The notes beneath the pieces are model-generated. The model made no database searches. It had not been told where the DNA came from and saw nothing but the letters and a program-made list of their open reading frames with translations. A program made the position numbers and the translations under genes. A DNA stretch of 63,654 nt, filler included, from Octopus bimaculoides (lineage: Eukaryota): assembly GCF_001194135.2 (NCBI RefSeq). It is 6 parts of 6 records of this genome, joined end to end, with 100 filler letters (N's around TTAATTAATTAA, not from the genome) between each part and the next. Parts side by side here need not be neighbours in the genome. Positions count along the whole stretch, not along the records: positions 27,061 to 38,950 come from NC_068989.1; positions 39,051 to 49,257 come from NC_068987.1; positions 49,358 to 55,077 come from NW_026326439.1; 3 more parts are not named here. One strand, 5' to 3'. How positions within the stretch are numbered: the first letter of the stretch is position 1; each line of letters starts with the position of its first letter. Shown piece by piece: positions 38,790 to 52,640 of the stretch.

Positions 38790-38950
38790 AGGCGTGGCTG
38801 TTTGGTAAGAAGTTTGCTCCCCGACCACTTTGTTCCGGATTCAGTCCCACTGTGTAGCACCTTGGGCAAGTATCTTCTATTATAGCCCCGGGGCGATCAA
38901 AGCCTTATGAGTAGATCTGATAGACGGAAACTGAAGGAAGTCCATCATAT
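38790..38950 (+). mobile_element. SINE family B, 5' half ending at contig end
   Basis: ggcgtggctgtttggtaagaagtttgc..ggattcagtcccactgtgtagcaccttgggcaagt. Confidence 0.78.
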
Positions 38951-39050
38951 NNNNNNNNNNNNNNNNNNNNNNNNNNNNNNNNNNNNNNNNNNNNTTAATT
39001 AATTAANNNNNNNNNNNNNNNNNNNNNNNNNNNNNNNNNNNNNNNNNNNN

Positions 39051-39175
39051 CATCGTCATCGTCATCATCGTCATCATCATCATCATCGTCATCGTCATCG
39101 TCATCATCATCATCATCATCGTCATCGTCATCATCATCGTCATCGTCATCGTCATCATCATCGTCATCGTCATCG

Positions 39176-39213
<38 letters not shown>

Positions 39214-39472
39214 GTCAGAACTGGCAGCTGTGGCCATTTACACGACAATTTTCATCATTTAACATGCTACCCAGACCACCACCACCACCACCACTATCAC
39301 ATCCAACAGTTCTGTTACTGCCATGGCCATCACCACTGACACAGAAAACCATTGTCATCATCACATCTCCAAAAGTAATCTTTACTCAACAATGGCCCAT
39401 CATCATCATCATCACCACCACCACCTTCATATGATCAACATTGTACAAAACCATCATACTAGTGCCAGGACT

Positions 39473-39504
<32 letters not shown>

Positions 39505-40040
39505 AGACATTGCCACCATCACCGCCTCTACCACCATTGCATCATCAGTTTAGACATCATCGTAAGGCACCATCAACGACGCTGCCACCACCACCACCAC
39601 CATGTCAGCTATTGTTATCATCATCAACATCATCATCATCACCACCACCATTTCCACTATCATCATTAACAGCAGCAGCCCCACCACTACCACCCGCACC
39701 ATCACCACAATTATCATCATCGCCACCAGCAGCAGCACCACCACCACCAGTATCATCATCATCATCATCATCAATATCATCATCATCAACATCGTCATCA
39801 ACCTCATCGTCATTGTCATCGTCATTGTCATCATCATCGTCGTCATCATCATCATCGTCAGCATCATCATCGTCAGCATCAACCATGTCAAAAGTAAAGC
39901 CTCCAGAGAAATAGTCAAACTCTAGGATTATTGCTTTGGCAAATTAGAGCCAAGTCACCAGGGAAATAACGATACATCTACCACGCACTACGCATCAGAT
40001 ATTATTATTATTATCATCATCACCATCATCATCATTAATA

Positions 40041-40087
<47 letters not shown>

Positions 40088-40090
40088 ATG
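39051..40090. repeat. Degenerate trinucleotide tract (CAT/CGT/CAC/CAG) followed by (ATT)n
   Basis: Directly visible; gives poly-D/H/I/S/M ORFs in all frames. Confidence 0.9.
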
Positions 40091-40419
40091 TCGACACTAG
40101 ATTGGATATTTTTATTTACTCATTCCTTATAAGTACAGTTACGTTACCAACCACTTGGTTTTTGGATCCTCTTTGCACCACCTCCAACGACACCACCACC
40201 ACCACCACCACACCACAAACACACAACTATAAATCATTAGACTTTTTTTTGCCTGTTTTTGTATTGTTGTGTTTTTTTTTTTTATCGCTGCTCTTTATTT
40301 ATTTCTTTTTCAATGCAAGAAATTATAAAGAAGATATTGCCAGTGGGATGGGTGAGATATCGTCTCAATCATGCAACGAGACTGGATATCACATTATAAA
40401 TAGCTGACTTACAATATTT

Positions 40420-40630
40420 TTTCCTACTCTCGGTACAAAGCCCAGAAATGTTTTTGGGGAGTGGGGAGCCAGTCAATTACACTGACCCCAGTACACAACT
40501 GGTACTTAATTTATCGACCCCGAAAGGATGAAAGGCAAAGTCAACCTCAGTGGAATTTGAACTCGGAATGTAAAGACAGACAAAATACCACCAAGTATTT
40601 TGCCCGGCGTGCTAATGTTTCTGCCAGCTG
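40420..40630 (-). mobile_element. SINE family A
   Basis: ggtacttaatttatcgaccccgaaaggatgaaaggcaaagtcaacctc..ttgcccggcgtgctaatgtttctgccagct. Confidence 0.82.
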
Positions 40631-40734
40631 ACTGGTTTACGATATTAGACTGGACTGTATTGTATATCATACAACACTCAGTCTATGTTGGTTAATATCA
40701 GGTTTTATACATACAGAGTGGTCACATACGAGGC

Positions 40735-40868
40735 CTGAAATTTTTCGGGGAAGGGTCCAGTCGATTAGGTCGACTTCAGTATGCAACTGGTACTTAATTT
40801 ATCGACCCCGAATGGATGAAAGGAAAAGTCGACCTCGGAGGAATTTGAACTCCGAACGTAAAGACAGA
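40735..40868 (-). mobile_element. SINE family A, partial
   Basis: caactggtacttaatttatcgaccccgaatggatgaaaggaaaagtcgacctcggaggaatttgaactc. Confidence 0.75.
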
Positions 40869-41519
40869 ACTGCTGAGTTATGGGGATGTAAACACATGGT
40901 NNNNNNNNNNNNNNNNNNNNNNNNNNNNNNNNNNNNNNNNNNNNNNNNNNNNNNNNNNNNNNNNNNNNNNNNNNNNNNNNNNNNNNNNNNNNNNNNNNNN
41001 NNNNNNNNNNNNNNNNNNNNNNNNNNNNNNNNNNNNNNNNNNNNNNNNNNNNNNNNNNNNNNNNNNNNNNNNNNNNNNNNNNNNNNNNNNNNNNNNNNNN
41101 NNNNNNNNNNNNNNNNNNNNNNNNNNNNNNNNNNNNNNNNNNNNNNNNNNNNNNNNNNNNNNNNNNNNNNNNNNNNNNNNNNNNNNNNNNNNNNNNNNNN
41201 NNNNNNNNNNNNNNNNNNNNNNNNNNNNNNNNNNNNNNNNNNNNNNNNNNNNNNNNNNNNNNNNNNNNNNNNNNNNNNNNNNNNNNNNNNNNNNNNNNNN
41301 NNNNGCACCTCCTAATACCAACCACTTCACAATGTGTGCTTATGTCTGTGTAATATATGTACAGAAATATGCACACACCCAGGGTGCCATACTGAGGGAT
41401 TGAGCCTAAAACCATAAGATTATGAAGAGAACTTGTTAACCTCACAGTTACCTCTGCATCACACAGCGGCACCAGTGCCTCAAAGCCATACCTACATCGC
41501 AGAGATTGTATGGTGTATA

Positions 41520-42026
41520 CCATATATAAGCATCGATAATATAATGGTACTTATCTAAACTATTGCAACAGTTATTTGCATTGGACTAGTTACCATTCTT
41601 TATATATCATCAATAATTACAACGGAACCATGTAAAGATGCAGGATATCACATGTTAGCATAATACAGCCATTTGTCGCATGAGGATACAGGATATTGCG
41701 TATCGCACAACAAGAAAACAGATTAGTTTGACTTCAGATCGCTAAGCACATTATATATATATGCCTACATATATATCTATATACACACACACACATGCAT
41801 ACACATGAATATACACATTATATATATACACACATACACATATATATACACACATACATATACACAAATATATACATATACACACATATATATCTACACA
41901 TATATACATACACGCACATACATGTACACACATATATATATACATACACACATGTGTGTATATATATATACACACTCACATACATATACACACATATATA
42001 TATATATATACATAAACACACATGTG

Positions 42027-42076
<50 letters not shown>

Positions 42077-42597
42077 TACACACATACATATGCACACATA
42101 TATATATACATACACACGTGTATATATATATGCACACACACATACATGTATGTACGCATACGTCTAGATACATACACATATACACACAACATGCACACAG
42201 ACACGCACAAACAAACACACATACACATGTTGGACAACGCAGATATATATTAAAGACTGGATAGCGTGTTACATATCACATTCAATATCGTATGCTAATT
42301 TATCAAAACTGTTGCATTATGTATCTGCATTCACTTAAGTTATCATTCATTATATATCATAATTAATTACAAACGAACCAAGAAATGAAACAGCAAGGGG
42401 TCAGATTTTGATATCACACATTATATATAGAGTGATATTAGGTGAGAGGATATCATATATCAAACACCTACAAAAGAATAAGATTGCATATGTTACTATC
42501 AACATCTGACTGCATATCACATGCTATATGATGATGGTGATGATGATGATGATATGTATTATACACATGTAAATATACGTGTTTGTATATATAGACA

Positions 42598-42647
<50 letters not shown>

Positions 42648-42694
42648 NNNNNNNNNNAAATATATACATATAGATACATACATAAACACACACC

Positions 42695-42728
<34 letters not shown>

Positions 42729-43048
42729 AGCACACACTTATACATATATAAATATATACATAGGTATACACACAAATATATATATACATGAATATAAATA
42801 CATATATATATATATATATATATACATGCATACTTATACATACATATATAACAAATAAATGTATACATATATACAGAAATATACACACACATATATATTA
42901 ACTGTATATATATATATATATATATATGTAAATATACACACATATATAAATATATACAAATTTATATACATATATATATTAACTGTGTATATATGTAAAT
43001 ATACACACATACATATAGCTATATACTAATTTATATATTTATATATAG

Positions 43049-43097
<49 letters not shown>

Positions 43098-43345
43098 TGT
43101 ATATAAACATATATAAATATATATATATATATATACATACACACACTATACACACATACATACACAAACACATGATCATGCTGGATAACACATGTTATAA
43201 ATCAGATTAGATATATTATATTATTTATCTACACCCCTGCATAATTGGTTATCGTTCGTTATATATCATAATTAATTAAAAACGAACCAAGAAATGGGAG
43301 CAGGAGGTCAGAAGAATAAACCTGTTAATCAATAAAACTGGATAC
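41520..43345. repeat. Three diverged copies of a ~100-150 bp unit separated by (TA/CA)n tracts
   Basis: Core ttatatatcat(a/c)a(t/a)taatta(c/a)aa(a)cg(g)aacca at ~41598, ~42348 and ~43258. Confidence 0.65.
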
Positions 43346-43406
43346 ACTCATGTGTGTTATTGCCTGCGTAACTGTCTGTGTACTCGTGTGTGTGCGTGCG
43401 TGCATG

Positions 43407-43454
<48 letters not shown>

Positions 43455-43573
43455 TGCAAGAGAGCCATGAAGACCACAACTAGTATCCCACTTCCACATA
43501 GGTTGAAATGTGATATCTACATTACATTGGATAGCACATGGTATAATACATATATATATATATATAAAAATGT

Positions 43574-43880
43574 AAAAATCCTCCTTCGGTCATGGATGAC
43601 CTGGGATTTCACCTAGAAAGTTCCTCTCCATGGTTGTTTATGGAAGACTAGTAGTTGCCGACACATACCAGTCTCTCTTCTCCACGGCGCCAATGTTATC
43701 CAAGGGAAAGGCAAAGGCTGATACAGCTTGGCACCAGTGACGTCGCGACTCACTTTTACAGCTGAGTGAACCGGAGCAACGTGAAATAAAGTGTCTTGCT
43801 CAAGGACACAACACATAGCCAAGCCCAGGAATCGAACTCACTAATTCATGATTGTGAGCTCAATGCTCTAACCACTGAGC
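43574..43880 (-). mobile_element. tRNA-derived SINE family E
   Basis: Reverse complement agctcagtggttagagcattgagctcacaatcatgaattagtgagttcgattccc..ccttgagcaagacacttt..; A and B boxes visible. Confidence 0.8.
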
Positions 43881-44160
43881 TTTGCAATACACACACACAC
43901 ATATATATTCTCTTTCTTGTCAGGATGTCCGTCACAAGCAGATTGTCTCAAATGATCTGAGCAACTGTTCTTCAGGAATTGCTGCATGATGCTAAAATAG
44001 TAGTCAAATCTCCAACACACCATATCAGAATGTCTTAAAAACACACATATTGGATTATGTAATCTGGGTGGGGACATATCCTAAAATAACAGAGAAGAGA
44101 TTTCAACCACTAATCTGGTTCTTATTTGTAGGGGAGTTAGACCAAAAATAACACTGTAGA

Positions 44161-44407
44161 CCAGTGTTTCTGAACCAATATTTAGCTATGGACCCCTTTG
44201 GTTCCCATTTTATTCTTATGGACCCCATAACCATTTGATGTTTATAAAATCCTTATTTTTTTATAATTAAATATTATAAGAAATTGTAGAAGAAAATTAA
44301 GTATTTTGTGTATTCCAGAAGTATAAGAGATTTATTGTGCAGAAATGTTAACAAGAAAATCTTATGGGTACCGCTAAGGGCCATATGGACTCTGGTTGAA
44401 TGCCACT
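44161..44407. mobile_element. hAT-type MITE, degenerate
   Basis: ccagtgtttctgaacc ... ggttgaatgccact imperfect inverted termini with internal atggacccc repeats. Confidence 0.5.
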
Positions 44408-44429
44408 ACTTTGGTCTGTCTTTTATAGA

Positions 44430-45250
44430 CTTTCTCAAATAATATAACTCTTCTTCAGAAACCTCTGCATGAAGCTAGAAACTGCAGCCAAATCTCCCAC
44501 AGTCCATACCTGACCGTCTTAAAAACACATATATTGGATTATGTTGTCTGGGTAGGGATGTTTCTAAAAGTAACACAGGAAGATTTCAACCACCAATTTG
44601 GTTCTTTGACAGAGAGCCAACTTGGGGAGCTTGATCAGACGGACAGGTGAACTAGGTCAATGGAGAATACAGCGTTCTACCCCTGAAAACATAATGTAAC
44701 GAAATGCCTACAGTGGATTTGAACTCATGGCCTCTGAGCAAGTAGACCAAACATATATACATCTTATCCATTCCACCAGCTATCTTACATCTTATGTACA
44801 TACTGTTATGAAAACAACGGACCATACCTGGCCGTCTTAAAAGCACATATATTGGATTATGTTGTCTGGGTAGGGATATTTCCGAAAGTAACACACGATA
44901 GTTCTTTGACACTGATATGTCTCAAAGCTACTGCTATCTAGCACCTTCGGATGATCTCTACTCAACTGCTACTCGACTGCTACTCACCACTCCTACCACG
45001 GCCAGACTCCCTCTATTTATATGTCTTGGGAGATCCTACTTCTTCGCCTGGGGGCGTCGACACAACAGACACAGTGCCAACTTGGGGAATTTGATCAGAC
45101 GGACAGGTGAACTAGGTCAATGGAGAATACAGCGTTCTGCATCCCGAAAACATAATGTAACGAAATGCCTACAGTGGATTTGAACTCATGACCTTTGAGC
45201 AAGTAGGCCAAACATATATACATCTTATCCATTCCACCAGCTATCTTACA
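44430..45250 (-). mobile_element. Tandem pair of tRNA-derived SINE family F copies (third partial copy ~43960-44125)
   Basis: Reverse complement head gctggtggaatggataag..gagttcaaatccact; units ~44430-44790 and ~44815-45250 are nearly identical over long stretches. Confidence 0.72.
44913..45067 (-). mobile_element. 155-bp solo-LTR-like insertion with 5-bp TSD
   Basis: GACAC|TGATATG...ACAACA|GACAC; TG..CA ends; absent from the sister SINE copy (ttctttgacagagagccaac); TATAAATAG on minus strand. Confidence 0.65.
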
Positions 45251-45665
45251 TAGTGTTATGTAATAGTTAATATTTGTGAATGAGAATCTTCAGACACAGC
45301 AAGGTGGTGGCTGGATGTGAATGCCATTCAGTGGCTAACTACAGCTATAAGGATTATTCGGCTGAAGCAGAAACACATGGACGTATGCATACTCAACACA
45401 AACACACACAGACACAATCTACGATTGTACACCTGTACATGCGAATACACACATTCATTGCACATATGCAATACCTCACACACACACACACAGACACATG
45501 TACACACACAACAGTTCGTTCTCGAATAATTAGAATCAGCATCAGGTCAGGACTCTTAGTAATTACCTTACTGGAGAAGATGATATTTATGTGCATGCAT
45601 GCAAAAGTGTGCACCATTGAGTATGGCGGCATTTATGGCTGCACGTGTGTGCATATATATATATA

Positions 45666-45721
<56 letters not shown>

Positions 45722-45786
45722 TACATATATACATAGACATATATGCCTACATATATTATAAATATTATAGACATATAACACACACG

Positions 45787-45820
<34 letters not shown>

Positions 45821-46195
45821 CACACATACCTATATACACATACCTATACACACACAAGCATATATATGTGTGTGTACACATAGATATATAGACAAATGTA
45901 TACATAGATACATATATATATGTATATACAAATATACACATATACATACAAATATATCTATATGCATGCACACATATGCATGCGTACACGCACGTATAAG
46001 CACACAGTCACACATATATAAGTACACACAAACGCACACACACATCTTAGGACATAGTTTTGTGTGTAAATTCATGTGTGCATATATGTGTATGTGTGTG
46101 TCTATGTGCATGTGTATACAACACACACACACATATATGTATATGCATGCATTTGTATGTTTGTAATAAATCTATCAGGAACTCATGATCTAAAC

Positions 46196-46240
<45 letters not shown>

Positions 46241-47258
46241 GATTTGTAGATGGGAGAGGCAGAGAGAGTGCTACGAGGTAGTGGTGGTGGTGGTGGTCAT
46301 GGAAGGAGTGGCAGGTGTGAAGACATCAGCTTACACATCAGCTGAAGTCCTAATGTCTTAACATCTGTGTGGTTTAATTAACAACTACAGACTCAACACC
46401 TCAAGTAGTCCCGTCTACGAAAATAGATTTCACTAGGTTATATAAACACAAACCAGTGTGTGTATGTGTATACATCACTGTGTGCATGTGTGTATCTGTA
46501 TATATCACTGTGTGCACGTGTGGATGTGTTTGTGTGTGTGCACATGTATGTGTGTGAATGTGTGTGACTATGTGCATTTGTTTGCGTGTGAGACTATGTA
46601 CATGTGTGTGTTTGTGTGTGTGTGTGATTGTGTATTTAAAGAACATGTTAGAAATATTTGTTGATACAATCACAATATTTGAAAAACCATTATTAATTGT
46701 ATTTAAAAGGTTTTAAAAAAAAAAAACCAAAATCTAGATTAACACAGTCCTGATGGAAGGTACCTTTTGTATAAGCGCTTCACTACTTTAAGTTTATTAA
46801 GCACACACAACAGCTAGGTACACAATACATTCCCCACCACCACCACCATACATACATGAGTACAACAACGACTTGCCAGAATGATGGATTTTTTTCCTAA
46901 GCAGAGGTGATCACCCAAGTCAGCAGATTTTCAATATTAAATTTACTTAAATAAAGGAAAGACAGGTACCTGTACGCTAGCATATGTGATTCATACCTCT
47001 TTTCATTAACACTGTGCTGTGCAAAGACACTAGAAAACCAGTTTGGTGGCCACAAGAATTTGAAGATCCTCCTTGTATATTAGCACAAATCATAAGAGGA
47101 TCAACATCAGTGTCTGCAACATCTTGCATACAGACATACATATACATACATACATATACATATATATACATACATATATACAAACATACATATATATATA
47201 TACATATATACATACATACAGATATATATACATACATATATATATACATATATATATG

Positions 47259-47308
<50 letters not shown>

Positions 47309-47454
47309 GAAAGAGAGAGAGAGGGAGAGAGAGAGAAAGAGAGAACTACAAATATTCCATAGATGGGCGGGGGGAAACAAACACAGGCATAAACACATCT
47401 ACATATATACATATACATATACATATATACATATACATGGGAGAATATACAAAT

Positions 47455-47666
47455 AATAACAACAGACGAGGACAGGTGGTGTAAATAACAAAAGTATATA
47501 TTAGTATGACACGACGGGCTTCTTTCAGTTTCTGTCTATCAAATCTACTCCCAAAGCTTTGGTTGGCTCAAGGCTATAGTAGAAGACACTTTCCCAAGGT
47601 GCCACACAGTTGACTGAACCCAGAACCATGGAGTTGGGAAGCAAGCTTCTTACCACACAACCACGC

Positions 47667-47668
<2 letters not shown>
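47455..47668 (-). mobile_element. SINE family B, 5' half
   Basis: gctatagtagaagacactttcccaaggtgccacacag..aagcttcttaccacacaaccacgcc. Confidence 0.78.
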
Positions 47669-47707
<39 letters not shown>

Positions 47708-48329
47708 ATGGACTGTTCTGTGATGGTAACATCAATCCAAAAAGTACGCCATCTGGTGAGAGATAATTATAATTTAATATACACTAAACATGTTTTATGT
47801 GCTACTAATAGTTTTATATGTTGAGAAATTACCTTTAATATATTCATCAGGCACAANNNNNNNNNNNNNNNNNNNNNNNNNNNNNNNNNNNNNNNNNNNN
47901 NNNNNNNNNNNNNNNNNNNNNNNNNNNNNNNNNNNNNNNNNNNNNNNNNNNNNNNNNNNNNNNNNNNNNNNNNNNNNNNNNNNNNNNNNNNNNNNNNNNN
48001 NNNNNNNNNNNNNNNNNNNNNNNNNNNNNNNNNNNNNNNNNNNNNNNNNNNNNNNNNNNNNNNNNNNNNNNNNNNNNNNNNNNNNNNNNNNNNNNNNNNN
48101 NNNNNNNNNNNNNNNNNNNNNNNNNNNNNNNNNNNNNNNNNNNNNNNNNNNNNNNNNNNNNNNNNNNNNNNNNNNNNNNNNNNNNNNNNNNNNNNNNNNN
48201 NNNNNNNNNNNNNNNNNNNNNNNNNNNNNNNNNNNNNNNNNNNNNNNNNNNNNNNNNNNNNNNNNNNNNNNNNNNNNNNNNNNNNNNNNNNNNNNNNNNN
48301 NNNNNNNNNNNNNNNNNNNNNNNNNNNNN

Positions 48330-48376
<47 letters not shown>

Positions 48377-49080
48377 CTGTGTGTGTATGTATGTATGAAT
48401 ATATATATTTATGGATGTATGAATATATATACGTATGTATGTAAGTATGTATAAATGTAGGTGTGTGTGTGTGTGTCTTTATGTGTTTAATCTGAAATGC
48501 AATGTAAAGTGTATTTTTTTGATAAACATTCAATTTTCATTTTTATTAAAAAATAATCTTAGATTATCCACAAATGTTGTGTACTTTAATATTAATTAGG
48601 TTTGGTGTTTGTATGATAATGTGCGCTAGTGCAGTGGTGGGGCACACTGTGAGTGCACATATACATACATACATACATATATATATATACACATATATAT
48701 ATATGTATATATACAAAAACATACATTCTTATATACACACAAACGCACACAACCATATACACACAGGCATATATGCACACATGCATGCATACACAAATAC
48801 ACACATACATGTACACACACACACACATAAAAACTGAAATGTAAATTGTTAGCTACAGATGATGTTAGTGATGGTTGCGATGACGATTACAGCGATGATG
48901 ATAATGATGATGATGACGATGATGATGATGATGGTGATGGCGATGATGATGCTGACAGTGGTGATGATGATGATGATGATGATGAAAATGATAATTACTT
49001 CATCAAGGGACGATAGCTACAACAGAATGTCATGTGTGTGCGTTTTATGTATGCTCACATATGTGCACATATGAGAACAC

Positions 49081-49123
<43 letters not shown>

Positions 49124-51226
49124 ACTGTGTGTAATGTCTTTGTGCTTGTATGTTGTGTGGTGGTAATGGCGGTGGTGGTGGAATGAATATCGATTGGTTT
49201 TTTTCCCCCACATCACACTTCCACCTGAAACACAAGTCTTTGTTTCTAGGGCAAGACNNNNNNNNNNNNNNNNNNNNNNNNNNNNNNNNNNNNNNNNNNN
49301 NTTAATTAATTAANNNNNNNNNNNNNNNNNNNNNNNNNNNNNNNNNNNNNNNNNNNNGTTTCCATCTAACAAATCCACTCACAAATCTAACGGTCTGCAC
49401 CAAATATATTATATATATAGACAGAAATGCTTTGATATATGAGACAATTTGTTCCCAGCGAGCGCTCATACAATGGAAACTCATAAAACAGAGCAATATT
49501 TTACCAATAAAATTTACAATACTCGTAAATAAATGGCAATAAAACAATAGTAGAATCTAAAGAATATTTTATGTAAATTAAAAACAATGTCATGATCATT
49601 TATGAGTCAAAATATTACTATTATTACTGTTGTTTTCCAAGCAACTTTTACTCACACTAGACTCATGCACGCCATCACTTGTAGACACAATCGCAAATTC
49701 ACAAGCACTCGTAGACGGACTTGTAGATCTCTTTCCCCCCCCCCAAAAAACAAGTCTAGAGTTGTTTGCTTAGAAGAAGCTTTTTTCTGCTCTCTATAAA
49801 TATATTTGTAACACTCAGAAGCATTTATGTTACTAGAAAATTCTTTGCACTTCGGTGAAAATTTGGATATTGTACTTGAAAAATAAAACTTGTAAACCCA
49901 AGGTTTTTTAAAGTGCATCCTTGTAAAATGAAGTATTACAGTATAGAGAGAGAAGGATGGGAGGAACAAACAGACAGATAGATTGAGTGAGAGGAAAAGA
50001 AAGTGGAAATAGAGGGAGACGGGCAGAGAAAAGAAGTGATACAAGAGAATGGGGCTTTGATGGATGTTGAAAAGGGGAGAAAAAAGGAGAGAAAGGTAGG
50101 TGAATGAGAGTGGAAAAGAAACTGTCAAAGCAAATTTGGAATGATGTGTAAAGTTATAGGAAGTGGAGGTGGAGGAGGGAAAAGAATGTAAGGAAAGAAG
50201 GAGGGGAGCAGGGTTAACGTGAGGGAAAAAGGAATTCAGGAGAGTAAGGGCGAGGAGTAGTGTTGAAAGGGTGAAAGGTAGAGTTGTGAATTGAAGGACT
50301 TAAATAATCGTAAATAATAATTTAATGTAAAGTGGATATACACCATTTTATGAGAAACAAGCAATGTTTAATAACTAATGTTATAAAGTTTAATAAGGGG
50401 CTTAAATTTTACCCCTCCCCCAGTTTTAAATTTTTAACTTTTTCATCCATTTATTTATGTATCTGTCTATCTATTCATCCCTGTCCGTTTATTTATAATA
50501 TATATTTGTCAACTAAATGTGGAGATCCTATAGAAGACGGTGCAACTGTTGTTTTTAGCCCCAGGAAGACATTCATATCTATCTCTTTATACACATACCT
50601 AATTGCTTATTGATTTTAAAATTTTGAAAACGTGGTTTCTTGCATATCCAGAATCTCTGTCATCAAAAACATTCGAAAAAGTTCGAAATTTTAAGGGGGA
50701 GAAAGTGGTGGTGTTTGAGGTAGTGGTTAAATTTTTTTTTGCAAATTCGTAATCTCCGACATCTAAAACGTAGGAATCCAAAGAATCTTTCAAAAACATG
50801 CATTTTTCAAGGTGAGATGCGAAACTGCATTAGCTCCGAAAAATCAAATCAGACCACCTTCTGATGGATTTTTAAGTTTGTTCAAATTTTTTTTTTTATC
50901 TGNNNNNNNNNNNNNNNNNNNNNNNNNNNNNNNNNNNNNNNNNNNNNNNNNNNNNNNNNNNNNNNNNNNNNNNNNNNNNNNNNNNNNNNNNNNNNNNNNN
51001 NNNNNNNNNNNNNNNNNNNNNNNNNNNNNNNNNNNNNNNNNNNNNNNNNNNNNNNNNNNNNNNNNNNNNNNNNNNNNNNNNNNNNNNNNNNNNNNNNNNN
51101 NNNNNNNNNNNNNNNNNNNNNNNNNNNNNNNNNNNNNNNNNNNNNNNNNNNNNNNNNNNNNNNTGTTATATGTATAGTCTTTTCTTTCTTTTTTCTTGTT
51201 TTACTTTATTCTATTCTATTTATAGT

Positions 51227-51603
51227 GGAGGCGCAATAGCCCAGTGGTTAGAGCAGCGGACTCGCGGTCATAGGATCGCGGTTTCGATTCCCAGACCAGA
51301 CATTGTGAGTGTTTATTGATCGAAAACACCTAAAGCTCCGCGCGGCTCCGGCAGGGGATGGTGGCGAACCCTGCTGTACTCTTCCACCACAACTTTCTCT
51401 AACTCTTACTTCCTGTTTCTGTTGTGCCTGTGATTCAAAGTGTCAGCCTTGTCACGCTGAATATCCCCGAGAGCTACTTTAAGGGTACACGTATCTGTGG
51501 AGTGCTCAGCCACTTGCACGTTAATTTCACGAGCAGGCTGTTCCGTTGATTGGATCAACTGGAACCCTCGACGTCGTAAGCGACGGAGTGCCAACAACAA
51601 CAA
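51227..51603 (+). mobile_element. tRNA-derived SINE family D, full length with (AAC)n tail
   Basis: A box tagcccagtgg, B box gtttcgattcc, 3' ccctcgacgtcgtaagcgacggagtgcc(aac)n. Confidence 0.85.
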
Positions 51604-51882
51604 TTCTATTTGTATTTATTTTTAAACACTTTGTATACAAATTTCACCGTTTTTATCGACGGTTCAACATGTGGAATTCTATTATACATGTATTTTCGTC
51701 CAATTTTAACTTTTCTACACCCAGCAATTTCTTAAAAAGTTGTCTACATATATACTCTGAGACCCAATTTTTTTTTTATGTGGATGTCTGTATTGTAGCA
51801 TTGATTATGCATTCGTATGTGTGCGTCTATGCTTACGTATAGAGACCAGGTTTACACTTGTGCACATACAGTNNNNNNNNNN

Positions 51883-51931
<49 letters not shown>

Positions 51932-52640
51932 CGCAATCCAATTTTGTGTACGTTTGTTATATACGCTACACTTCCTTCTTGCTAGCTTTCCTTCTGTCTC
52001 TCTTTCTTTCTCTATTTCTTTCTTCCCTTCCTTCTTTCTCTCCTTTCTTCCTTTCCTCCCTCACGATAACCACACTTTCTCTCTTTCTACATTAGTAAGG
52101 TCCTTATCGATAAGTTGCTCTTCCCCCTCCACTACATAGGTTAAGATACGATCATTGTTACTGTTACCAACACGTAAACGTTTTCGTGCGCGATCTTGAC
52201 TGCGTGTATATGTGTATGTGTATACATGCATATTCGTGCATGTGTTTGTGTCTTGCAAATATATACCCTATATACGTAGTTTGTCTGTACGTATGCATCT
52301 GTGTATTTTGATGTATATATATATATATGTTGTAGATGGTCTAGTATGCGTATATACTATTGTAATTTTATTTTTTATTTTTGATGCAGCGTATATTTTA
52401 TTTTATTTTAATGTGTTAATTCGAATATAATTAATTATTTACAATATGTATTTTGAACCCATTTTTCTTTTTAAGGTTTTCTTCGATTTTTTAAAAATAG
52501 GATGAATCTATATTAAATTCATTTGTTTTGTTCATTGCGCACCCAAGACCGTTATTTGAAACGACCAGTCGAACAGATCTGTGTTTCAAATTTTATATTA
52601 GTTTTGATTGCATTGTTATTCCTTTCGCATTTCTAACAAA

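Noticed and set aside
39051-39925. Long poly-Asp, poly-Ser, poly-Met ORFs resembling biomineralisation or low-complexity proteins
   Set aside because: All six frames are open because of CAT/CGT/CAC repeats; no splice or codon evidence favours one frame.
51227-51300. tRNA-Arg-like gene
   Set aside because: A and B boxes are present but no acceptor stem; it continues into a SINE body shared with 11536-11845.
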